From the NCBI GenBank assembly GCA_963806225.1, contig CAWDXG010000001.1, positions 32,001 to 96,000 on the forward strand: a stretch of 64,000 nucleotides of DNA. Direction: 5' to 3'. Position numbers and translations under genes: made by a program. The notes below the pieces were generated by a model, which worked only from the letters and a program-made list of their open reading frames with translations, was not told the DNA's origin and ran no database searches. This stretch comes from an uncultured delta proteobacterium (lineage in GTDB: Bacteria > Myxococcota_A > Polyangia > Polyangiales > Polyangiaceae). Shown here piece by piece: positions 32,565-44,093 of the stretch (position 1 is the first letter of the stretch; the number at the start of each line of letters is the position of its first letter).

Positions 32565-35395
32565 GCGTCGAGTCGAACGGTCGCGAAGCAGCCACGTTCT
32601 GGCAACGGCTCCAGGCGATCGCGGACCGACCCCAGGACAACGCGGAAGAGCGGGCCAAGCACCGATTGCTGCTGTTCGCCGGCACGCTGATGAGCGGCGG
32701 CGGGATGTTGTGGGGTTCGATCTCGGCCTACGGCGGTCTCTGGGAGCAGTCGCTCGTGCCGTACGGCTACGTCGTGGTGACGGCGCTCAATTTCGTCGCT
32801 CTCGCGCTGTGGAAGAACTTCCGGCTTGCGCGCCTGGTGCAGGTGGGAGCGAGCATCCTCCTGCCGTTCTTGTTCCAGTGGGTGCTGGGAGGGTTCGGGC
32901 CGAGTGGCAGCATGATGCTCTGGGGCATGGTCGGGCTGATCGGTTCGCTGTCGTTCGAGGAGGTCGGCACGAGCTTCCGCTGGATCATCCTTTTCCTCGT
33001 GCTGGTGGTGGTCTCGGCTGTTCTCGAAGCCCGATCGGTGCTGGTCGTCCCCGCGGGACTCGGAGGGCACCAACTCTCGGTCATCTTCTTCGCGCTGAAC
33101 TTCACCGTCGTTCCCTCGGTTGTGTTCGGTCTGGCACTGTATTTCGCGCGCAGTCGCGAGGCCGCCATCCAGACCCTGGCCAAGACCAACGCCCAGCTCG
33201 CGGTATCCAAGCGCGAAGCCGAGGAAGCGTCAAAGCGCGCGGACGCCGCCAATGAAGCGAAGGGACGATTTCTCGCCGTCGTCAGTCACGAGATCCGCAC
33301 CCCGCTGCACGGCGTGCTCGGCCTGACCCATCTTGTGCTGGATACCGATCTGACGCCGCGCCAGCACGAGCTGCTCACGCAGGCGCTCGTTTCGGCGGAG
33401 AGCCTGCTTGCCGTCATCAACGACGTGCTCGACTTCTCGAAGATCGAGGCCGGGGCTGTCACCCTCGAGCGCATCCCCTTCCGCATCGACGAGGTGCTGG
33501 ACAAGTTGACGTCCGCCGCAACGGCCCTGGCAATGAAGCGGGGGATCGAGTTCGTTCTCCAGGTCGAGGGCGTTCCCCCGGTCCTTGTCGGGAATCCGAC
33601 GCGCCTCGGTCAGATATTGATCAACCTGGTTTCGAACGCCGTGAAGTTCACCGAGCAGGGCGAGGTCGTCGTCCACCTGCACGGGGAGCCGGACGGGGAC
33701 GGGCTCCGGCTCGAGGCGTCGGTGCGCGACACCGGGATCGGTATCCCGGAGGACATTCAAGCGGCGCTGTTCGAGCCGTTCGCGCAGGCCGACGACTCCA
33801 CGACGCGCCGCTTCGGCGGCACGGGTCTGGGGCTGTCCATCTGCCGGCACTTCGTGGAGCTCATGGGAGGCGAAATCTCCGTGGAGAGCGAGCCAGGCGA
33901 GGGCTCGACGTTCCGCTTCACGGCGCGTTTCGGATGCGGGGAGCAGGGCGAGCGCGCTATCCCCGACCAGCTCGACAAGGTGCGTGCCCTGATCGTGGAC
34001 GACAACGAATCCGCGCGCGACGTGCTGTCGGGCTACCTCCAGGGCTTCTCCATCGCCGCCGACGCGGTGGAAAGCGCCGAACAAGCTCTAGAGGCAGTGC
34101 GGGACGTCGAGTACGGGCTGGTGCTCACGGATCTGCGCATGCAGGGCATGGACGGCATCGAGCTCATCCGCCACCTGCGCCAGGCTCCGCGCACGGCCAA
34201 GGCGCGTCTGTTGCTGGTCACGGCGTTCGGCGGGCGCAAGGATCGCGACGACGCCGAGAAGGCGGGCGCCGACGGCTTCATCACCAAACCCGTGCGTCCC
34301 TCGCAGCTGCTCGACAGCCTGGTCGACCTGTACGCACCCGAGGGGCGCCCTGCAGTCCAGCCGCGCTCGCACAAGCCTCGGGATCCGGGTCTGCGCGGGG
34401 CCCGCGTGCTGGTGGTCGAGGACAACGACATCAACCGCGAGATCGTCGTCTCGGCACTCGGCGCGGTCGGCATCGCGTGCGAGACCGCCGTCGACGGCCA
34501 GGATGGCGTCGACGCCGTAACGGGAGCTGGGAGTCCGTTCGACGCGGTGCTCATGGACCTACAGATGCCGCGCATGGACGGTCTTGAAGCGACGCGTAGA
34601 ATCCGCAAGACCCACCCGGAGCTGCCCATCGTGGGAGTTACCGCGAATGCGCTCGCGGACGCGCGCGGACAATGTCTCGAAGCGGGCATGAACAACGTCG
34701 TCACCAAGCCGATCCACATGGGTCTGCTCTTCTCGGCGCTCCAGCGGCTGATCGGAGCGAAGAGCGGCGAGGCGGCGGACATTCCGGACACCCCGGATGC
34801 GCCCGACGCGAGCAACTTGCCGGCGATCGCGGGAATCGACACGAACGACGGGCTCGCCCGTTCGGGTGGCAACGTCAAACTGTACCGCGATCTTCTGCGA
34901 CGCTTCGCACAAGGCCAAGGCGGCGCGGCACGGACCATCTCGGCTGCGCTCGAGAAGGGCGACACCGAACAGGCGGATCGGGTGGTGCACACCCTCAAGG
35001 GGGTCGCCGGCAACATCGGTGCGCTCGAGGTGCACGAGCTCGCGCAACGCTTCCGTCACGTGCTCGAGCAAGGTGACGAGGCCCAGATGAAGGAGCTCCT
35101 CGACAAGCTCGACACGCAGCTCCGGACCATCGTGGAGGCGTTGCACAAGGCTACCGAGCCCAGCCCCGGTTCCGACTCCGGGACGAGCGAGGTGGATCTG
35201 GGGAAGCTTCGCACCCTCATCGCGGACTCGGACAGCGAGGCGACGGACTGGCTCGCTGCACGCCGGAGGGCGCTTGGGAAGACAGTTGGAGAAGCGAAGG
35301 TCGCAGAGCTTGCCAGCGCTCTCGACGCCTTCGATTTCGCACGCGCCCAGGAGATCATGAGTGAGGTTGGCAGCGAGCTCGAACGTGGAAGCTGA
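32555..35395 (+). CDS. Membrane-bound hybrid histidine kinase (multi-TM, HisKA, HATPase, 2x REC, Hpt)
   Basis: [29 protein letters not shown], two receiver domains, [11 protein letters not shown]. Confidence 0.95.
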   Translation: MSLSVESNGREAATFWQRLQAIADRPQDNAEERAKHRLLLFAGTLMSGGGMLWGSISAYGGLWEQSLVPYGYVVVTALNFVALALWKNFRLARLVQVGASILLPFLFQWVLGGFGPSGSMMLWGMVGLIGSLSFEEVGTSFRWIILFLVLVVVSAVLEARSVLVVPAGLGGHQLSVIFFALNFTVVPSVVFGLALYFARSREAAIQTLAKTNAQLAVSKREAEEASKRADAANEAKGRFLAVVSHEIRTPLHGVLGLTHLVLDTDLTPRQHELLTQALVSAESLLAVINDVLDFSKIEAGAVTLERIPFRIDEVLDKLTSAATALAMKRGIEFVLQVEGVPPVLVGNPTRLGQILINLVSNAVKFTEQGEVVVHLHGEPDGDGLRLEASVRDTGIGIPEDIQAALFEPFAQADDSTTRRFGGTGLGLSICRHFVELMGGEISVESEPGEGSTFRFTARFGCGEQGERAIPDQLDKVRALIVDDNESARDVLSGYLQGFSIAADAVESAEQALEAVRDVEYGLVLTDLRMQGMDGIELIRHLRQAPRTAKARLLLVTAFGGRKDRDDAEKAGADGFITKPVRPSQLLDSLVDLYAPEGRPAVQPRSHKPRDPGLRGARVLVVEDNDINREIVVSALGAVGIACETAVDGQDGVDAVTGAGSPFDAVLMDLQMPRMDGLEATRRIRKTHPELPIVGVTANALADARGQCLEAGMNNVVTKPIHMGLLFSALQRLIGAKSGEAADIPDTPDAPDASNLPAIAGIDTNDGLARSGGNVKLYRDLLRRFAQGQGGAARTISAALEKGDTEQADRVVHTLKGVAGNIGALEVHELAQRFRHVLEQGDEAQMKELLDKLDTQLRTIVEALHKATEPSPGSDSGTSEVDLGKLRTLIADSDSEATDWLAARRRALGKTVGEAKVAELASALDAFDFARAQEIMSEVGSELERGS

Positions 35396-36667
35396 GCAGA
35401 CCGTCCTCGTCATCGACGACACGCCGGACGTGATCCGGCTCGTCAGCGGCATCCTCAAGGAGCACTATCGCGTAAAGGTCGCGACGAGCGGCGAACGCGG
35501 CCTCGAGGTTGCCGCCTCCAGTCCGCCCGATCTTGTCCTGCTGGACGTCGTCATGCCCGAAGTGGACGGCTACGAGACGTGCCGGCGACTCAAGGCGCAA
35601 GCGGAGACGCGGGACATTCCGGTGATTTTCCTGACCGCGCGGCTGCAGGACGACGACGAGAGTCTGGGGCTGTCCATCGGCGCGGCCGACTACATCAAGA
35701 AGCCGATCACGCCCTCGATCCTGCTCGCGCGGGTGGGTACGCAGCTCCGACTCAAGCACGCCACCGATCTGCTTCGCGACCAGAACCGGCTACTCGAGGC
35801 GGCCGTGGCGGAGCGCACGCGCGAGCTTCGCGAAACCAACGAAGCCCTGGCGCGCTTCGTGCCCAACCAGTTCCTCGCCCAGCTCGGGCGTTCGAACATT
35901 CGCGACGTCGAGATTGGCCATCATGTCCACAGCGACATGACCGTGATGTTCTGCGATGTGCGCGGGTACACCACGCTCGCCGAGAGCATGACGCCGCGCG
36001 AGGCGTTCTCGTTCATCAACGAGCACCTGAACAGCGTCGGCCCCCTCATCCGCGAACACTACGGGCTGGTTGCCCAGTTCTACGGCGACGGCGTCATGGC
36101 GATCTTCCCGCGATCTCCCGCCGACGCGGTGCGCGCCGCCGTGACCATGCAGAAGACGGTCGACGATCGGAACGAACGTCGGATTGCCGAGGGACGCCCC
36201 CGATCCAGATCGGCATCGGGCTGAACGCGGGTCCCCTCACCATCGGGGTTATCGGCGACGGGGAGCGAGCCGACACCGGCGTCGTGGGCGACACCGTCAA
36301 CTCGGCGGCGCGGATGGAAGGGTTGACCAAGACCTACGGCGTGCGGATCGTCGCGGCGGGGCTGGTGCTCGAGGGGCTCGACGGCGAGTTCGAGAAGCGC
36401 TTCCTCGATCGGGTGCAAGTGAGGGGACGGCGCCAACGGGTGGCGGTCTACAACGTCTTCGAAGGCGACGAGGCGTCGCGGCGTGCGCTCAAGAACCAGA
36501 CCCTATCGACGTTCAATGCGGGACTCGAGCACTTCGAGGCAGAGCGCTACGTGGACGCGCTGAAGTGCTTCGGCGACGTGCTGGACGTCATGCCCGACGA
36601 TCGCGCCACGCAGATCTACCTGGAGCGCTGCGCGCGCTGTCTGCTCGACCCGGAGACGGCGTCGTGA
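35385..36667 (+). CDS. Response regulator fused to a class III nucleotide cyclase; frameshift in the C-run near 36200
   Basis: REC (VIDD, LLDVVMP, KP), then MFCDVRGYT, GDGVMA, and in the next frame IGIGLNAG...GDTVNSAARMEG, VRGR. Confidence 0.88.
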
Positions 36668-37998
36668 AAGACCGCCACGACGGGCACACGTGGCTCGCCG
36701 GGCCGCTCGCCGAGCGGGCGTCGACTCCGCCCGCGGCGCGCGAGGAACTAGAGGAAGCGGCGACGCGCCGTCACGGTCGTGGAGCCGGGCGCACCACCCG
36801 GCCGTCCACTCGTCCCAGCGTCTTCGAGGCCGTGCGCGACGCACAGGAACATCGTTACGTGATCGAGAGCGAGCTCGCCGGTGGGGGCATGGGGGTGATC
36901 CATCGCGCGACCGATCGGTCCCTGGCGCGGACCGTCGCGCAGAAGCGGCTGGTGCCCGAGCTCGCGCACTCGGAAGACAACGCCCAGCTATTGGTGCGGG
37001 AAGCGCTGGTGACCGCGAAGCTCGACCATCCCAACGTAGTGCCGGTCCACGACATCGGAGTCGGCGACGACGGCCAGGTCTACTTCACGATGAAGCTGGT
37101 CGAGGGGCGGACACTGGCCGACTGGATCGCGAGTCGACCGGAAGGCGAATCGCCAGAATGGGAGGAGTTGCTCGACCAGATCAACGTCGTCATCAAGGTC
37201 TGCGACGCCTTGTCCTTCGCGCACGCTCGCGGAGTTCTGCATTGCGACATCAAACCGGCAAACATCATGGTGGGCGACTACGGCCAGGTCTACCTGATGA
37301 ACTGGGGGATCGCGCGGCTGCTCGACTCCGAGCGCGGGTCGACCGGAAGCAGCAAGACCATCGTCGGTACGCCGGCCTACATGCCGCCCGAACAGGCGGC
37401 GGGTGAAGCGCTGGACGAACGCTCGGACGTGTTCGCGCTGGGCGCGCTGCTCTATCACGTCGTCACGGGGCGTCCGCCGTATCGCGCTCTGGAGTACAAG
37501 TCGGTCCTTGTCCAGGCGGTGCTCTGCGACCCCGAGCCGGCCATTGAACGAGCCCCTTGGACCCCGCCGGCTCTCTCGCGCGTTATCATGAAGGCGCTCG
37601 CACGCGAGCCCGTCGATCGCTACGCGTCGGTTCCAGCGTTCCGTGCGGCCATCGTGCGCTTCGTGCGCGGCGGCGAGGCCTTCGAGCGTCTCGTGTTTCC
37701 ACCAGGCGAGACGATCGTCCGCGAGGGGGAAGAGGGAGACTTCGCGTTCATCCTCGAAGCGGGCCGCTGCGAGGTCAGCATCGACGGCCGGCGAGTCCGC
37801 GAGATGGGACCGGGCGAAGTGTTCGGAGAGATGGCCATCCTGCGTTCCGGACGGCGCACCGCCACCGTGCGCGCACTCGAGCGCACTACCGTTCGCCGCA
37901 TCGCCGGCTCGGCAGTTCGCGAAGAGCTCGACGGCATGAAGCCGTGGATGGGAGCGCTGCTCAGGGCGCTGGCCGCGCGCCTCGACGAACGCGGTTGA
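36664..37998 (+). CDS. Ser/Thr kinase-like domain plus C-terminal cNMP-binding domain
   Basis: GGGMG, VAQK, HCDIKPAN, GTPAYMPPE, SDVFALG; FGEMAI...RTATV. Confidence 0.9.
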   Translation: MKDRHDGHTWLAGPLAERASTPPAAREELEEAATRRHGRGAGRTTRPSTRPSVFEAVRDAQEHRYVIESELAGGGMGVIHRATDRSLARTVAQKRLVPELAHSEDNAQLLVREALVTAKLDHPNVVPVHDIGVGDDGQVYFTMKLVEGRTLADWIASRPEGESPEWEELLDQINVVIKVCDALSFAHARGVLHCDIKPANIMVGDYGQVYLMNWGIARLLDSERGSTGSSKTIVGTPAYMPPEQAAGEALDERSDVFALGALLYHVVTGRPPYRALEYKSVLVQAVLCDPEPAIERAPWTPPALSRVIMKALAREPVDRYASVPAFRAAIVRFVRGGEAFERLVFPPGETIVREGEEGDFAFILEAGRCEVSIDGRRVREMGPGEVFGEMAILRSGRRTATVRALERTTVRRIAGSAVREELDGMKPWMGALLRALAARLDERG

Positions 37999-38125
37999 CG
38001 CGCAATTGCGGCGTGCCTGGGCGCTGCAGGAGGGAGGGTGCTCGAACGTCCGCTGCCGCCGAGGGTGCGGGCGTCCGGCGCGCCGCGGCTGACAACGCGG
38101 GCCGGCCTGGCCTACCCTTCGCCCC

Positions 38126-38596
38126 GTGAATGCTCCGGGCAACCCGAAGGGCGCATCGGCTCCCGGGCGCTGGCAGCCCGGCGCGCCGCGCCGACGCTTC
38201 GCGCGGGGCAGGATCAGGCCGCGGGGCGTGGTGTGGTTCGGGGCCCGCTCGTTCTGGGGCCACATGCGCCACTTCATCGCGAGCGCCATCGCGACGGAGG
38301 ATGTCGACTCCCGCGACTGGATGAGCGCCAATCCCCCGGCACAGCTGTGCGCGCGCGTCGTCGAGCAATTGGGCGGCACGACGGGCGCCCGCAGCGTGAC
38401 CGAAGGGCTGGGGAGCGAGCTGTGGCTCGACTACGTCGCCGACACCGGCGACGACGTGTCGGTCAGCCGCGCCGTGGCCGGACTGGTGTTCCGCGACTAC
38501 CAGCTGCCGGACCCCGCACAGCCTGGAGCGGAGCTGCATGCGCCGCGCGGCGATGTCCTGCTCTTCGGCGGCGACACGGCCTACCCCGTCGCTACC
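38126..38596 (+). pseudogene. N-terminal part of a metallophosphoesterase-like protein truncated by an IS
   Basis: WLDYVADTGD and GGDTAYP motifs, then IS sequence. Confidence 0.65.
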
Positions 38597-38618
38597 TGTC
38601 GTGGCTACTTCTCGCGTC

Positions 38619-38872
38619 CGCTCTCGTCATCACGGCCGCAGGCATCCGCCGCTACCTCCGCTGGCTCGGCGAGGCCAGCGGGCCGCCCGCGCTCGCGCCC
38701 GCGAGGGGGCCGCCGTTCTTCCAGAGCGTTGCCCTCCGTCGCAAGCTCGGTGAGCCCGTGCAGGCGGAACTGTTCGACGCGCACTGAACGCGCCGTCGCC
38801 GGCGCACCGGTGCGCCTCGAGCGCGCTACCCGCTCTGGCGTCGCGGGCAGGACGCTCATGTTACCTACGCGC
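38619..38872 (+). mobile_element. IS91-like copy F, short, with a deletion in the non-coding end
   Basis: ALVITAAGIRRYLRWL...QAELFDAH*; ends ATGTTACCTACGCGC. Confidence 0.88.
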
Positions 38873-39108
38873 TGTTGATGGCAGCGTGATGCGAGCGGAC
38901 ATCGACGGAACGAGCCCGCTCGTGCTCGCGACCAAGCAGAGCGACCCCAACGGGATCGCCACGGACGGCAGCGGGCTTGTCCAGAGAGGAAGAGCGTACC
39001 GCGCTTCGCGGCGCGAACGGTTCGTGCCGCGGTCTGGGGTACGCGCGCGAGCGATTTCATCCACTTGCGAGGCGCGCCCCGCGGCATGCTCGTTGCTCGG
39101 CTGAAAGT

Positions 39109-39783
39109 ATGCGCGCCTGGTCCTTCATGTTCGGGGGCATCGCCGCACTCGCGCCAGCCACGGCGGTCGCGAGCCCAAGCGTACCCGACGCGAGCGCCGC
39201 GCCATGGAGTGACGCACGACACGCTCCAACCGGCACGCACGCGGAGCGCCGCGGCGTGGCACCCGCTGACATCTCGGGCAGCTACTTCATGGGCGCCTTC
39301 AACGGCGGCATCAACTTCGGCGCCGCAGCGCTGGTCCGGGTGCATGCGGTGGGCATGGGCGTCGAAGGGACGGCAGGCGGCGCGCTGTTCGACTACGGCT
39401 ACGCCATGTTGGCGGGGGACACAGGGTTCTCGTGGGTTACAGAAAGCGGATTCCGGCTCGACGTGCTCGGCGCGCTGGGCGCCAACCACTATTCGGGCGC
39501 CGGACGAGGGTTCATGTCGAGCGATCCTGGCGCCAGCGCTACGCTACCGTCCGCCGGCGCGCGGGTCATCGCGGGCTACATGTTCTTGAAGGGAACGGCG
39601 CACCTCGAGCTCGCAGCGCGCGGATTCTTCGACGACGACCTGACGCGCCGAACCGTGAGCTACGACTACACCGAAACAGGAGGATGGTTTGGCGCTCCGC
39701 CCTACGCGGCAAGCGTCACGCACCGCGTGGGGACCTGGCGCGCCGGAGCCGCGCTCGACTTGATCTGCACGTGGGATCTGTAG
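39109..39783 (+). CDS. Exported protein, probable small outer-membrane beta-barrel
   Basis: Signal-like N-terminus, Gly/aromatic strands, C-terminal strand LDLICTWDL. Confidence 0.55.
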   Translation: MRAWSFMFGGIAALAPATAVASPSVPDASAAPWSDARHAPTGTHAERRGVAPADISGSYFMGAFNGGINFGAAALVRVHAVGMGVEGTAGGALFDYGYAMLAGDTGFSWVTESGFRLDVLGALGANHYSGAGRGFMSSDPGASATLPSAGARVIAGYMFLKGTAHLELAARGFFDDDLTRRTVSYDYTETGGWFGAPPYAASVTHRVGTWRAGAALDLICTWDL

Positions 39784-39876
39784 GGCGCCTCTATGCGGTT
39801 CTTGCCGCCTTTGTGGCGGCGCGCGAGCTCCACGTTGTCGAGTTGAAGTCACCAGACAAACGCGAGATGGTGGACT

Positions 39877-40275
39877 CTACGTGGACCAGTTCGCGAGCTC
39901 GAGGCCGGAGACGCGCTTGAATTCGCGTTCGTTGTTCGAGACGAGAACCAGCTTCCGTGACACAGCCTGGGCGGCGATGAGCGTGTCAAGCGGCCCGATG
40001 GGCTTGCCGGCGCGTTCGAGCCGCGCGCGGATGCGTGCGCAGCTCACGGCGTCGTCGGACGTGAAGTCGACGATCGCGATGGGGCGAAGAAAATTCTCCA
40101 GCGCACGCAAGGTGCGGGTCGGTGACGAGCTCTTCGCAGCGCCGGTCCTGAGCTCGGCTTCCGAGATGGCGCTGACGGCGACGTCGGTCGGCGCCTTGTC
40201 GAGCAGATGGCCGAGCACGACCGGCTTCTGCTTCAGAGCGGAGATGCAGGTGTCCGTGTCCAACAGGAACTTCAT
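39877..40275 (-). CDS. vapC: VapC PIN-domain toxin
   Basis: MKFLLDTDTC...AELRTG...IGPLDTLIAAQA...LVSNNEREF. Confidence 0.93.
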   Translation of the reverse strand: MKFLLDTDTCISALKQKPVVLGHLLDKAPTDVAVSAISEAELRTGAAKSSSPTRTLRALENFLRPIAIVDFTSDDAVSCARIRARLERAGKPIGPLDTLIAAQAVSRKLVLVSNNEREFKRVSGLELANWST

Positions 40276-40511
40276 CGGAGCTTCGCCCGCTTGTCGACCC
40301 GCCCCTGCGGCGGACGCGCGAAGTCGTCGGCCACGTCGGTGAACGACTCGACGTAGCCCTCGGGCCAGCATCCACTCGGCTCGAGGATCACCGCGTAGCC
40401 CTCGCGGTGCACGAGCACAGTGCTGCCGTCGAACCGGAACTCCTTCGGCAGTCGCACCGCCTGGCTCCGGCCGGTCCAGAACAGCTTCGCCTCGGTCTTC
40501 TTGGTCGCCAT
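40272..40511 (-). CDS. vapB: VapB antitoxin (AbrB/SpoVT type)
   Basis: AKLFWTGRSQAVRLPKEFRF; ATGA overlap with vapC. Confidence 0.93.
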   Translation of the reverse strand: MATKKTEAKLFWTGRSQAVRLPKEFRFDGSTVLVHREGYAVILEPSGCWPEGYVESFTDVADDFARPPQGRVDKRAKLR

Positions 40512-40536
40512 GATATCTACCACTAGTATGTATCAT
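40510..40536. promoter_or_regulatory. Probable vapBC operator
   Basis: AT-rich ATGATA-N15-TATCAT inverted repeat at the vapB start. Confidence 0.55.
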
Positions 40537-41140
40537 AAGCGAGCGGCGTCAACGCGGATGGCGGGCCGCGGGCGGCTTGTCCTTCTTGCCGTGCACGTCG
40601 CGCACCCGTGCTCGCCGTCAAGGCCGGGAAGGCCAAACCAACGTGCATCCGCAGGAGCAACGTGGCGGCGGCAGGCGGTGGAGCCGGGCGGCGATTGACA
40701 GGTCGGGGAGGCCGAGGCAAGCCGGGGTTTGGGTCTAACTGCCGGAAATGGTTGAAATAATTTCCGTTGTGCGCCGTCGGCCGCGGGCCTTGGCGGGGCT
40801 ACGTTCTCGCTCCGCCGCGAAGACCCCGCCCGCCGCTGCCTTTGGGAGCGAGTGGGGGAGCGGAATACGCCTGCGACGTGCTGGATTCGGCTCACTCCGA
40901 ACCGGATTGGATGGAGGCATAGGTAATCGAGACGCTGAAGACCGTGCACAGCACCATCTCCGTAGGTAGTCCGGAACGACGTTGCGGATCGGGCGAGAAA
41001 CGCCGTGATCAATCGCGCCGTCTGCGTGACAATGCGCGGGCTGGACGAACTACGCGGGAAAGGCATCCTTGTGCCCGCGGTTCCTGGGGCAAGGAGGAGG
41101 AGTGATGAGCACGTGGGACTGCCGGCATTCTGGAGGCTCT

Positions 41141-43570
41141 TTGAAGAAGCACGCGCGCCTTGCCGCGATTCTGCTCGCGGCGCTCGCGCTGGGATGCAGC
41201 AGTGACAAACCCAAAAAGCATCCGGTTGCCAACACCGACGCCGGAGCGGAGGGAAGCGCCGGAGCAGCAGGAGCAGCTGGCGCGGCTGGGACCGCGGGCA
41301 GCGGCGGCTCGGCCACCGGCGGCATGGGAGGCACCGGTGGCTCGGCTGGCATCGACGGAGGCGCCGGCGTCGGGGGCACGGACGGAGGAGCGGGAAGCGC
41401 CGGCCTCGTTGTAAAGCCGCTATTCGAGCAGCACGGCGCGCTGTGGAACGACTACGTCACGAGCACGGGACCGACGTACGCGGACGCGACGGATGTCGCC
41501 TGCGACTCGACGACTTCGGGCACTGGTCCCTCGCCGTGCCTGCACGCCGGCGAGCTTCGCGCGGTCGACGTGGGTTCGGCGTTTGCGAGCTGCGCGAACG
41601 TGACCGCCTCCGACCAGCTCGGGGCTTTCGACTGGGTCTGCGACGACAGCTCGGGCACGCCACGGGTCATCTCGACCGGTCTCAAGCCAGGCGTCTGCCT
41701 CGCGGCGCTGATCGACTGGTCGGCGAATCCGGTGGCATTCCGCACGAACTCCGTGACGATCACCGACGGGACCACGACGGTGGCGACGAACCCGGCTGTC
41801 TGGTGGGCAAACCCGGTACAAGCCGACAACGACGGCGGATCGCTCGGGACCCAGAGCACGATCTACGTCGTGACCGCGAGCGGCACCGGAGACTACACCT
41901 TCGCGGCGGACAAGCTGGGGCTGGTCGCGGGTCCCTCGGTCACGCTCCAGGGCGCCGGAACGAACGGAAGCGTCATCGACACCAACGGCCACAATTTCGC
42001 GTGGCTCGAGGCGGACGTGGACGCCACGGGCGACTACACCGCCCTCGCCACGAACAACGGAGGCATCAAGTTCTCCGTCGTGTGCGGGTTCCACGCCACC
42101 GGCGGCAGCCACGTCGGCATCGGAATATCGGGCGACAACCTCCGCCTTTCCAGCCTGTCCTCCGACAACGGGTTCGCCGGCGTGGACCTCAGGGGCAACT
42201 ACGTCGTCGCGACGGATGTGAGCGCAAAGAACACCACGAACGGTGCCGGCGTGTTCCTCTCGACCAACCATTCCACGGTCACGAACGTGGAAGTGACCGG
42301 CAACGCCGCGACCGGGCTCGCCGTTGGCAGCTCGGGCGCGCCGACCACGCCGACAGACCTCACGATCAAGAACGTGCTCGCCGCTAGCAACGGCAGCGGC
42401 GGTATCGTCTACGCCGGGGGCCGGCAGAACTGGCTGCTTCACGCAGTTGCGATGAACAACGACAAGGGGACAGGCAACGCCGCTGGCGTGGAATTCTCCG
42501 CGAAGAACAGCGTCGCCTACGACATCGCGGCGTTCGGCAACGCGTACGAGGGCGTCCGGTCCGAGACCAACAACGTGCTCGTCGACGTGCTCGCGGCCAA
42601 CAACGGCGTAACTGGAGCGCACGCCAGCAACGGCAACGTCGTCATTGGCCTCACGTCCGTCAACAACCTGTACAACGGAGTGCAAACGTCGCCCGGCGCG
42701 GGTGGCGGCACGCTTATGGACATCGCGAGCGTCAACAACGGTCGCTACGGGATGGATATCGACCAGAGCACGGCCCAGACCTATATCAACGTCGCCACCA
42801 CCGACAACGCGAATACGACGTTCTACAAGGATCTGTTCGACGGCAACACGGGCCTGAGCCACGACAACGTTTTCAGCGGTCTGCTCGTCGTTACCGACCC
42901 CCAGACGAGCTGCTCCATGACAGGAACGAACCCGGGCGTGGATAGCACGTGCGCCAACGTCGGGAGCTCCGACGCTACGCTGGTCACCCAGGCGGCCGCG
43001 GGTGCATTGCTCGGCAAGGTCACCGCAAACGACGCGACCAACGCCTCCGACACGGCGGGCTCGGCCCTGTTCCAGAACATCACGGACTGGACGCACTTCG
43101 ACCGTCCTACCCGCGGGTGGGGCATGGACGGCTCCGCCTTCCCGAACGCCGACAACCAGAGCGCCTGTCGCATTGCAGGCAGCGGGACAACTTGCCGGAT
43201 CTGGGACTTTGCCCTACGCGCAACCGACACCGTGGCGCTCCGGAGCGTCGTACCGGCGCCGGCGGACGGCAACGCGGTCGTGAAGAACGTGTGGGCCGCG
43301 GTGACTACGCAGGCGGCTTGCGACGAGATCGTCGGAGCGGTGTTCTCCGGCTCGTTGTGCAGCTCGACGTTCCTTCGCAACGCATTCGAGGTGTTCGGCG
43401 ACGGGATTGGCAACGACAACGGCCTGTGCGAATCAGGCGAGACCTGTATCGTCACGCCGAACATCGGCGCCTACCAGGGCCACGGGAATCTCGTCTCCGC
43501 CGGATCCATTGGAGCGGGCGGGACCATCCAGAACGTCACACTGATGCGCTACCAGACCAACGGATACTGA
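41141..43570 (+). CDS. Large lipoprotein with right-handed beta-helix repeats and a Cys-containing C-terminal domain
   Basis: GGAGG plus TTG, lipobox ALGC; N.N..GV repeats; C-terminal GDGIGNDNGLCESGETC..TPNIGAYQGHG. Confidence 0.8.
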   Translation: MKKHARLAAILLAALALGCSSDKPKKHPVANTDAGAEGSAGAAGAAGAAGTAGSGGSATGGMGGTGGSAGIDGGAGVGGTDGGAGSAGLVVKPLFEQHGALWNDYVTSTGPTYADATDVACDSTTSGTGPSPCLHAGELRAVDVGSAFASCANVTASDQLGAFDWVCDDSSGTPRVISTGLKPGVCLAALIDWSANPVAFRTNSVTITDGTTTVATNPAVWWANPVQADNDGGSLGTQSTIYVVTASGTGDYTFAADKLGLVAGPSVTLQGAGTNGSVIDTNGHNFAWLEADVDATGDYTALATNNGGIKFSVVCGFHATGGSHVGIGISGDNLRLSSLSSDNGFAGVDLRGNYVVATDVSAKNTTNGAGVFLSTNHSTVTNVEVTGNAATGLAVGSSGAPTTPTDLTIKNVLAASNGSGGIVYAGGRQNWLLHAVAMNNDKGTGNAAGVEFSAKNSVAYDIAAFGNAYEGVRSETNNVLVDVLAANNGVTGAHASNGNVVIGLTSVNNLYNGVQTSPGAGGGTLMDIASVNNGRYGMDIDQSTAQTYINVATTDNANTTFYKDLFDGNTGLSHDNVFSGLLVVTDPQTSCSMTGTNPGVDSTCANVGSSDATLVTQAAAGALLGKVTANDATNASDTAGSALFQNITDWTHFDRPTRGWGMDGSAFPNADNQSACRIAGSGTTCRIWDFALRATDTVALRSVVPAPADGNAVVKNVWAAVTTQAACDEIVGAVFSGSLCSSTFLRNAFEVFGDGIGNDNGLCESGETCIVTPNIGAYQGHGNLVSAGSIGAGGTIQNVTLMRYQTNGY

Positions 43571-44093
43571 GCGGGCCCGGGGCCGGGGGGCGTTGTGTAA
43601 ACCGGTTCCCGGTGGCTACGCCCATCCGTGTCGTCTAGCCGAGCGCATTGACGGCCGATCCGGCAGCCCAGTATCGTCGTACGGCTTTAACGGCGAGGCA
43701 TTCCAACCCTCGCCGGCAAGGGTGGGGCTTCGCGGGAGCGAGCGAGCGGTTGACAATGCCTCCCGGCCGCAGCACTATCGACGAATCGCCTAACCACTCG
43801 GAATGGTTTACATAATCGCTCCTCGCTCCTCGCTCTTCTGCGAAGTCGACTGCGGCCAATTCGCTGGCTGCGTTGAGCGAGGCGCTCAAGGGTTGCAGCT
43901 GACGAGCTCGAGCGAGGGGGGCGGCACGCCTGTCTTGTTCTCGCGGAGCGAGGCGACGAACACGGCGCCGCCGAGCGCGCTCACGCGGATGGAGAGCATG
44001 CCGTTGTGGATCCAGGGTGCGTGGAGATCGGGAGCGAGGTGTAGCTCGACCGACTTCTGCTTCGCGTCGACCGGCGCGGTGCCGCTCACGTCG

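Noticed and set aside
35385..37998. Pycsar/CBASS anti-phage system
   Set aside because: The cyclase is REC-fused and linked to a phosphorelay; no TIR or cNMP-TM effector of the Pycsar type is seen.
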